Shown: positions 9,649-16,130 of the stretch, piece by piece
How positions within the stretch are numbered: the stretch's first letter is position 1
Layout: every line of letters starts with the position of its first letter
Virus record (IMG/VR): IMGVR_UViG_2740892235_000003
DNA: 16,130 bases
Strand: one strand, 5' to 3'
From: a virus
Taxonomy: Duplodnaviria > Heunggongvirae > Uroviricota > Caudoviricetes
Made by a program: the position numbers and the translations under genes
Notes under the pieces: generated by a model
Seen by the model: the letters and a program-made list of their open reading frames with translations, nothing else
Database searches by the model: none
What the model was told of the DNA's origin: nothing

Positions 9649-10398
9649 ATGGCAACACCAAATCCTCTTGAGCCGGTGAAAGGTTCCGGTACCACACTGT
9701 GGGTGTACACCGGCACTGGTGATGCTTATGCAAACCCGTTGTCAGACGATGACTGGCAGCGACTGGCGAAGGTGAAGGATCTGACCCCCGGCGAGATGAC
9801 GGCAGAATCCTACGATGATAACTATCTGGATGATGAGGATGCTGACTGGGTATCCACCGGGCAGGGGCAGAAATCTGCCGGTGACACCAGTTTTACGCTG
9901 GCCTGGAAGCCGGGTGAGAAAGGGCAGCGCGATTTGATTGCCTGGTTTGACAGCAGTGAGAGCCGGGCCTACAAAATTCGCTTCCCGAACGGTACGGTGG
10001 ATGTGTTCCGTGGCTGGGTGAGCGCCATTGGTAAAGCGGTGACCGCCAAAGAGGTGATCACCCGTACGGTAAAAATCACCAATATCGGTCGTCCGTCGCT
10101 GGCGGAAGATCAGGGGGACATCACACCGGTCACCGGTATTACCGTGACGCCACCAACGGGCAATGTGGCAAAAGGTCAGAATATCACCCTGACCGTGGCT
10201 GTTCAGCCGGAAGGGGCGACGGATAAAACCTTCCGTGCCACGTCGGCGAATCAGAATTTTGCGACCATTACCGTGAAAGGGAACACGATCACCGTGAAAG
10301 GTGTTGCGGCCGGTAAAGCGCAGATCCCTGTGGTTACCGGCAATGGTGAGTTTGCGGCAGTGGCGGAAATTACCGTCACGGATGGTGCAGCGGGTTAA
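9649..10398 (+). CDS. V: Major tail tube protein V with C-terminal Ig-like (Big_2-type) domain
   Basis: 249 aa. [62 protein letters not shown] and C-terminal [18 protein letters not shown] match lambda gpV nearly residue for residue in blocks. Confidence 0.92.
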   Translation: MATPNPLEPVKGSGTTLWVYTGTGDAYANPLSDDDWQRLAKVKDLTPGEMTAESYDDNYLDDEDADWVSTGQGQKSAGDTSFTLAWKPGEKGQRDLIAWFDSSESRAYKIRFPNGTVDVFRGWVSAIGKAVTAKEVITRTVKITNIGRPSLAEDQGDITPVTGITVTPPTGNVAKGQNITLTVAVQPEGATDKTFRATSANQNFATITVKGNTITVKGVAAGKAQIPVVTGNGEFAAVAEITVTDGAAG

Positions 10399-10417
10399 GC
10401 TGAGGGAGTGATAAAGC

Positions 10418-10849
10418 ATGTTTCTGAAAACAGAACAATTTGAATATAACGGTGTGTCTGTCACGCTTTCTGAGCTGTCTGCGCTGCAGCGTATTGAGCA
10501 TCTTGCCCTCCTGAAACGGCGGGCAGAAGAGGCTGAAGTCAGCGGTAACCTGCAGGTGAGCGTGGAGGACCTTGTCAGAACCGGGGCGTTTCTGGTGGCG
10601 ATGTCCCTGTGGCATAACCATCCACAGAAAACGGCGTCACCGTCAATGAATGAGGCTGTGATGAAGATAGAGCAGGAAGTGCTCACCACCTGGCCTGCCG
10701 ATGCCATTGCCCGGGCGGAAGACATTGTGTTGTGCCTGTCCGGGATGATCGAAGCTGTTCGTCCGGATACTGATATTACTGAAGTGGCGAAAAATAACGC
10801 GCTGACTGATGATGATTTTTCTGCGGGAAAGTCTTCGACGGCGAGCTGA
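10418..10849 (+). CDS. G: Tail assembly chaperone G
   Basis: 143 aa. MFLKTE.FE.NGV.VTLSELSALQRIEHLAL and FLVAMSLWHNHPQKT match lambda gpG. RBS GGGAG upstream. Confidence 0.9.
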   Translation: MFLKTEQFEYNGVSVTLSELSALQRIEHLALLKRRAEEAEVSGNLQVSVEDLVRTGAFLVAMSLWHNHPQKTASPSMNEAVMKIEQEVLTTWPADAIARAEDIVLCLSGMIEAVRPDTDITEVAKNNALTDDDFSAGKSSTAS

Positions 10850-11280
10850 ACTTTGCCCTCAGACTGGCGCGTGAGATGGGGAGACCCGACTGGCGCGCCA
10901 TGCTTGCCGGGATGACATCCACCGAATATGCCGACTGGCGACGTTTTTACCGCACGCATTATTTTCATGATACCCAGCTGGATATGCATTTTTCCGGGCT
11001 GACGTACGCCGTACTCAGCCTGTTTTTTTGCGATCCGGATATGCATCCCTCTGATTTCAGTCTGCTGGCACCCCGACGTGATGATGAGCAGACGGAGATG
11101 CCGGATGAGGAGGATATGCTGATGCGGAAAGCGGCAGGACTTTCTGGTGGTGTCCGCTTTGGGGCTGACGGGAAGGAAATCGTTACGGTCAGTGATGACA
11201 TGCGGAGCAGTACAGAGGATGAAGCCATGCTGATGATGGTGTCTGAGGGAATTCCAGGAGGTGTACGCTATGGCGGGTAA
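10418..11280 (+). CDS. GT: Tail assembly protein G-T fusion, produced by programmed -1 ribosomal frameshift at the GGGAAAG heptamer (10825-10831)
   Basis: The -1 frame after the heptamer reads GKVFDGELNFALRLAREMGRPDWRAMLAGM..., continuing into track ORF 10876..11280 (T domain, ending GGVRYGG), which matches lambda gpT. There is no independent start with an RBS for the T frame. Confidence 0.85.
10825..10831 (+). other. Slippery heptanucleotide G GGA AAG (X XXY YYZ) for the -1 frameshift between G and T
   Basis: Exact heptamer in the G zero frame (codons GGA AAG = G K of ...SAGKSS), 6 codons before the G stop. Same site as in lambda. Confidence 0.85.
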
Positions 11281-13903
11281 TTTTGCCGATCTGACAGCTG
11301 TTCTTACACTGGATTCAACCCGTTTTTCTGAAGAGGCTGCACGGGTAAAGAAAGAACTGGGTGAAACCAGTGACCTTGCGGATTTGATGGCCGGGCGTGT
11401 CAGCCAGTCTTTTAAGAAACAGGCCGCTGCTGTTGAGCAGGGGCTGAGCCGCCAGGCGCTGGCTGCACAAAAAGCCGGGATTTCCGTCGGGCAGTATAAA
11501 GCGGCCATGCGAACCCTGCCCGCACAGTTTACGGATATCGCCACGCAGCTTGCCGGTGGTCAGAATCCCTGGCTCATCCTGCTGCAACAGGGCGGTCAGG
11601 TGAAGGACTCATTTGGCGGGATGATCCCCATGTTCCGGGGGCTTGCCGGTGCGATCAGCCTGCCGATGGTCGGGGTCACCTCGCTGGCGGTGGCGACCGG
11701 TGCGCTGGCGTACGCCTGGTACCAGGGGGATTCCACGCTTTCAGCGTTTAATAAAACCCTGGTTCTTTCCGGTAATCAGTCAGGACTGACGGCAGAGCGC
11801 ATGCTGACGCTCTCCAGAGCCGGGCAGGCGGCAGGGCTGACGTTTAACCAGGCGGGAGAGTCACTGGCAGCCCTGGTCAGTGCCGGTGTGCGTGGTGGTG
11901 AACAGTTTGATGCCATTAACCAGAGTGTGGCGCGTTTTGCGTCTGCCTCCGGTGTGGAGGTGGACAAGGTTGCAGAGGCTTTCGGAAAACTGACCACCGA
12001 CCCGACGTCGGGACTGATGGCGATGGCGCGCCAGTTCCGTAACGTGACGGCAGAGCAGATTGCGTATGTTGCACAGCTGCAGCGTTCCGGAGACGAGGCC
12101 GGTGCCTTACAGGCGGCGAACGATGCTGCCACGAAAGGCTTTGATGAGCAGACCCGTCGCCTGAAAGAGAACATGGGGACGCTGGAAACCTGGGCGGATA
12201 AAACAGGGAAGGCGTTCAAATCGATGTGGGATGCCATTCTGGATATCGGTCGTCCGGAATCTTCTGCGGACATGCTCGCCAGTGCGCAGAAGGCATTTGA
12301 TGAGGCGGATAAAAAATGGCAGTGGTACCAGAGCCGGAGCCAGCGCCGCGGTAAAACCTCCTCTTTCCGGGCCAACCTTCAGGGTGCATGGGATGACCGG
12401 GAAAATGCCCGTCTGGGGCTGGCGGCGGCAACGCTGCAGTCGGATATGGAAAAAGCCGGTGAACTGGCGGCAAGGGACAGGGCTGAGCGTGAGGCGTCAC
12501 AGCTGAAGTATACCGGAGAGGCGCAGAAAGCGTATGAACGCCTGCTGTCGCCGCTGGATAAATATACCGCCCGTCAGGAAGAACTGAACAGGGCCCTGAG
12601 AGACGGGAAAATCCTGCAGGCGGATTACAACACGCTGATGGCGTCGGCGAAAAAGGATTATGAATCGACGCTGAAAAAACCGAAGTCGTCAGGTGCGAAG
12701 GTGTCTGCCGGTGAGCGCCAGGAAGACCGGGCACATGCTGCCCTGCTGGCGCTTGAAACCGAGCTCCGGACGCTGGAGAAGCACAGCGGTGCGAATGAGA
12801 AAATCAGCCAGCAGCGCCGTGATTTATGGAAGGCGGAAAGCCAGTATGCCGTGTTACATGAAAAGCTGCTTGCGGATGCACAGGCCGGACAGAAAAAATC
12901 ACTTACATTGCAGGAAAAATCCCTGCTGGCTCATGAGAAAGAAACGCTGGAGTACAAACGCCAGCTGGCTGAGCTGGGTGACAAGGTGGAGCACCAGAAA
13001 CGCCTGAATGAGCTGGCACAGCAGGCAGCACGGTTTGAAGAGCAACAGAGCGCGAAGCAGGCCGCCATCAGCGCAAAAGCCCGCGGTCTCACTGACCGTC
13101 AGGCGCAGCGGGAGTCTGAAGCGCAGCGTCTTCGTGACGTGTATGGTGATAATCCGCAGGTGCTGGCACAGGTCACCGGGGCACTGAAACAGACATGGGC
13201 GGATGAAGACATGCTGCGCGGTGACTGGCTGGCCGGTCTGAAGTCCGGCTGGGGTGAGTGGACGGAAAGTGCGACGGACAGTTTTTCGCAGGTTAAAAGT
13301 GCTGCCACGCAGACCTTTGACGGTATTGCACAGAATATGACGGCGATGCTGACCGGTGCAGAGGCAGACTGGCGGGGATTCACCCGTTCGGTGCTGTCCA
13401 TGATGACAGAAATCCTGCTTAAACAGGCCATGGTGGGCATTGTCGGGCGTATCGGCAGCGCCATTGGTGGTGCTTTCGGTGGTGGGGCGTCTGCCTCCAC
13501 GGGGACGGCCATTGAGGCTGCGGCGGCGAACTTTCATTTTGCGACCGGCGGATTTACGGGCACGGGCGGCAAATATGAGCCTGCGGGGATAGTTCACCGC
13601 GGGGAGTTTGTCTTCACGAAGGAGGCAACCAGCCGGATAGGCGTGGGGAATCTTTACCGTCTGATGCGCGGCTATGCGGAAGGGGGGTATGTGGGTGGTG
13701 CCGGAAGTCCGGCGCAGATGCGGCGGGCGGAAGGTATTAATTTTAATCAGAACAATCACGTGGTGATTCAGAACGACGGTATCAACGGACAGGCGGGGCC
13801 GCAGCTGATGAAGGCGGTGTATGACATGGCCCGCAAGGGGGCGCAGGATGAACTCCGGCTGCAGTTGCGTGATGGCGGTATGTTATCAGGGAGCGGGCGA
13901 TGA
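11261..13903 (+). CDS. H: Tail tape measure protein H
   Basis: 880 aa with long blocks matching lambda gpH (SRQALAAQKAGISVGQYKAAMR, GGQVKDSFGGMIPMFRGLAGAI, KYEPAGIVHRGEFVFTKEATSRIGVGNLYRLMRGYA, C-terminal MRDGG). Start is probably ATG 11270 (MAGNFADL); 11261 is the first in-frame ATG, overlapping the end of T. Confidence 0.92.
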   Translation: MYAMAGNFADLTAVLTLDSTRFSEEAARVKKELGETSDLADLMAGRVSQSFKKQAAAVEQGLSRQALAAQKAGISVGQYKAAMRTLPAQFTDIATQLAGGQNPWLILLQQGGQVKDSFGGMIPMFRGLAGAISLPMVGVTSLAVATGALAYAWYQGDSTLSAFNKTLVLSGNQSGLTAERMLTLSRAGQAAGLTFNQAGESLAALVSAGVRGGEQFDAINQSVARFASASGVEVDKVAEAFGKLTTDPTSGLMAMARQFRNVTAEQIAYVAQLQRSGDEAGALQAANDAATKGFDEQTRRLKENMGTLETWADKTGKAFKSMWDAILDIGRPESSADMLASAQKAFDEADKKWQWYQSRSQRRGKTSSFRANLQGAWDDRENARLGLAAATLQSDMEKAGELAARDRAEREASQLKYTGEAQKAYERLLSPLDKYTARQEELNRALRDGKILQADYNTLMASAKKDYESTLKKPKSSGAKVSAGERQEDRAHAALLALETELRTLEKHSGANEKISQQRRDLWKAESQYAVLHEKLLADAQAGQKKSLTLQEKSLLAHEKETLEYKRQLAELGDKVEHQKRLNELAQQAARFEEQQSAKQAAISAKARGLTDRQAQRESEAQRLRDVYGDNPQVLAQVTGALKQTWADEDMLRGDWLAGLKSGWGEWTESATDSFSQVKSAATQTFDGIAQNMTAMLTGAEADWRGFTRSVLSMMTEILLKQAMVGIVGRIGSAIGGAFGGGASASTGTAIEAAAANFHFATGGFTGTGGKYEPAGIVHRGEFVFTKEATSRIGVGNLYRLMRGYAEGGYVGGAGSPAQMRRAEGINFNQNNHVVIQNDGINGQAGPQLMKAVYDMARKGAQDELRLQLRDGGMLSGSGR

Positions 13904-14346
13904 AAACCTTTCGCTGGAAAGTGAAGCCGGATATGGAGGTGAACTCGCAGCCATCGGTGCGTGAAGTGCGTTTTGGTGACGGGTACTCACAGCGTATGGC
14001 GGCAGGGCTGAATGCTGACCTGAAGACGTACAGGGTGATGCTTTCCGTGACCCGGGAGGAGGCCCGGCATCTGGAAGCGTTCCTGGCAGAGCACGGGGGC
14101 TGGAAGGCATTTTTGTGGAAGCCACCCTATGNNNNNNNNNNAACATACCGGGTGATGCTTTCCGTGAGCCGGGAGGAGGCCCGGCATCTGGAAGCGTTCC
14201 TGGCAGAGCACGGGGGCTGGAAGGCATTTTTGTGGAAGCCACCCTATGCATACCGGCAGATAAAGGTGACCTGTGCCGGGTGGTCTGCGCGGGTCGGGAT
14301 GTTGCGCGTTGAGTTCAGCGCGGAGTTTAAGCAGGTGGTGAACTGA
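13900..14346 (+). CDS. M: Minor tail protein M; inflated by a scaffold join (N run 14132-14141 with unmerged overlap about 14029-14131 / 14145-14248)
   Basis: MKTFRWKVKP, VRFGDGYSQR, LKTYRVMLSV.REEA, GGWKAFLWKPPY and IKVTCAGWSARVGMLRVEFSAEFKQVVN match lambda gpM (about 109 aa). The 148-aa track ORF contains the duplicated block. Start overlaps the H stop (ATGA). Confidence 0.88.
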   Translation: MKTFRWKVKPDMEVNSQPSVREVRFGDGYSQRMAAGLNADLKTYRVMLSVTREEARHLEAFLAEHGGWKAFLWKPPYXXXXTYRVMLSVSREEARHLEAFLAEHGGWKAFLWKPPYAYRQIKVTCAGWSARVGMLRVEFSAEFKQVVN

Positions 14347-15285
14347 TGCAGGATATTCACGAAGCAAGCCTGAACGAGTCGGTTAAATCAGAGCAGTCAC
14401 CGCGGGTGGTGCTCTGGGAAATCGACCTGACGGTGCAGGGCGGTGAGCGGTATTTTTTCTGCAATGAGCTGAATGAAAAAGGGGAGCCGGTGACCTGGCA
14501 GGGGCGTGAATATCAGGCGTACCCGATTGAGGGCAGTGGCTTTGAGATGAACGGAAAGGGCAGCAGTGCCCGCCCGTCGCTGACAGTGTCCAATCTTTTC
14601 GGCCTTGTCACCGGGATGGCGGAGGATTTGCAGAGCCTGGTGGGGGCCACGGTGGTCCGCCGCCGNNNNNNNNNNACAGGGCGGTGAGCGGTATTTTTTC
14701 TGTAATGAGCTGAATGAAAAAGGGGAGCCGGTGACCTGGCAGGGGCGGAAGTATGAGGCGTACCCGATTGAGGGCAGCGGCTTTGAGATGAACGGAAAGG
14801 GCAGCAGTGCCCGCCCGTCGCTGACAGTGTCCAATCTTTTCGGGCTGGTCACCGGGATGGCGGAGGATTTGCAGAGCCTGGTGGGTGCCACGGTGGTCCG
14901 TCGCCGGGTGTATGCGCGTTTTCTGGATGCGGTGAATTTTGTGGCAGGCAATCCTGAGGCCGACCCGGAGCAGGAGCTGACGGACCGGTGGGTGGTGGAG
15001 CAGATGTCATCGCTGACGGCCATGACGGCCTCGTTTGTGCTGGCGACACCGACGGAGACGGACGGGGCGCTGTTTCCCGGTCGCATCATGCTGGCGAACA
15101 CCTGTATGTGGGATTACCGGGGCGATGAGTGCGGGTATAACGGTCCGGCAGTGGCGGATGAGTTCGACAACCCTACCACGGATATCCGGAAGGACAGATG
15201 CAGTAAATGCATGCGCGGGTGTGAGATGCGCGGCATGGTGGCTAATTTCGGCGGTTTCCTTTCCATTAATAAACTTTCGCAGTAA
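14346..15285 (+). CDS. L: Minor tail protein L; frame interrupted by a scaffold join (N run 14666-14675 with unmerged overlap 14436-14665 / 14677-14906)
   Basis: MQDI, VVLWEIDLT, GGERYFFCNE.NEKGEPVTWQGR.YQ, SGFE.NGKG, VSNL.G.VTGMAED.QSLVG and C-terminal NFGGFLSINKLSQ with a Cys cluster (CGY...CSKC..GC) match lambda gpL. The track ORFs 14346..14687 and 14605..15285 are the two halves. Confidence 0.88.
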
Positions 15286-15295
15286 ATCCCGTTTT

Positions 15296-15525
15296 ATGAC
15301 ACAGACTGAATCAGCGATTCTGGCGCATGCCCGGCGGTGTGTGCCAGCGGAGTCGTGCGGCTTCGTGATAAGCACCCCGGAGGGGGAGCGGTACCAGCCC
15401 TGCGTGAATATCTCCGCAGAGCCGGAGGCGTATTTTCGTATTGCACCGGAAGACTGGCTGCAGGCACAGATGCAGGGGGAGATTGTGGCGCTGGTCCACA
15501 GTCATCCCGGTGGTCTGCCCTGGCT
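15296..15525 (+). CDS. K: Minor tail protein K, N-terminal 76 aa only (truncated at scaffold join 15526-15535)
   Basis: MTQTESAILAHARRCVPAESCGFVISTPEGERYQPCVNISAEPEAYFRIAPEDWLQAQMQGEIVALVHSHPGGLPW is near-identical to the lambda gpK N-terminus. True start is ATG 15296 within track ORF 15035..15547. The sequence after the N run is not K but gpL. Confidence 0.85.
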
Positions 15526-15535
15526 NNNNNNNNNN

Positions 15536-16130
15536 GAGTGGCTTTGAGATGAACGGAAAGGGCAGCAGTGCCCGCCCGTCGCTGACGGTGTCCAATCTTT
15601 TCGGCCTTGTCACCGGGATGGCGGAGGATTTGCAGAGCCTGGTGGGGGCCACGGTGGTCCGCCGCCGGGTGTATGCGCGTTTTCTGGATGCGGTGAACTT
15701 TGTGGCAGGCAATCCTGAGGCAGACCCGGAGCAGGAGCTGACGGACCGGTGGGTGGTGGAGCAGATGTCAGCGCTGACGGCCATGACGGCCTCGTTTGTG
15801 CTNNNNNNNNNNTTTTGTGGCGGGGAATCCGGAGGCCGACCCGGAGCAGGAGCTGACGGACCGGTGGGTGGTGGAGCAGATGTCAGCGCTGACGGCCATG
15901 ACGGCCTCGTTTGTGCTGGCGACACCGACGGAGACGGACGGTGCGCTGTTTCCCGGTCGCATCATGCTGGCGAACACCTGTATGTGGGATTACCGGGGCG
16001 ATGAATGCGGGTATAACGGTCCGGCAGTGGCGGATGAGTTCGACAACCCCACCACGGATATCCGGAAGGACAGATGCAGTAAATGCATGCGCGGGTGTGA
16101 GATGCGCGGCATGGTGGCTAATTTCGGCGG
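15536..16130 (+). repeat. Redundant variant copies of gpL segments (15536-15802 resembles the L middle; 15813-16130 resembles the L C-terminal third), separated by N runs; assembly artefact, not additional genes
   Basis: Direct comparison: 15536-15802 repeats the gpL middle segment seen around 14530-15050, and 15813-16130 repeats about 14937-15255, with scattered substitutions. Each block is bounded by exactly 10 N. Confidence 0.75.

Noticed and set aside
9742-11544. 600-aa ORF on the minus strand spanning V, G, T and the start of H
   Set aside because: It is antisense to four strongly supported lambda-like genes. The translation is low-complexity (Arg/Ser/Thr/Pro/Cys-rich) with no recognisable domain. 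Long antisense ORFs are common in GC-rich coding DNA.
12899-13759. 286-aa minus-strand ORF (also 11776..12375 and 12216..12734) inside the tape measure gene
   Set aside because: Antisense to gpH, which matches lambda H over its whole length. Arg/Pro-rich translations typical of spurious frames.
14436-14906. Apparent tandem duplication inside gpL (and similar ones in A, B, capsid and M), considered as real gene duplications or repeat proteins
   Set aside because: Each duplicate pair is split by exactly 10 N, and removing one copy restores a lambda-length protein. These are unmerged contig overlaps, not biology.
2832-15812. Regularly recurring repeated blocks separated by spacers, considered as a CRISPR-like array
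   Set aside because: The spacers are N runs, not sequence. The repeats are 100-300 bp coding fragments of different genes, not short palindromic repeats.

Overview
This window is the late (lysis-end, packaging, head and tail) region of a lambda-like siphovirus or prophage, with every supported gene on the + strand. I found no defence, toxin, integrase, tRNA or CRISPR content and no cargo gene that would amount to a novel system; the core morphogenesis genes account for essentially the whole window. In order: a short hydrophobic ORF, the Rz/Rz1 spanin pair, a compact AT-rich cos region, terminase small and large subunits (Nu1/A-like), a gpW-like protein, portal, a single ClpP-type protease-scaffold-capsid fusion ORF, two small head-completion proteins, then lambda-like tail genes Z, U, V, G, G-T (with the GGGAAAG -1 frameshift site), H, M, L and a truncated K. 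The main caveat is the sequence itself: seven runs of exactly 10 N are each flanked by unmerged, slightly divergent copies of the same sequence, and the last ~600 bp are extra variant copies of gpL fragments. These look like scaffold joins across related phage variants rather than biology, and they distort several ORF calls. All protein identifications rest on recalled similarity to phage lambda proteins, not on a database search.
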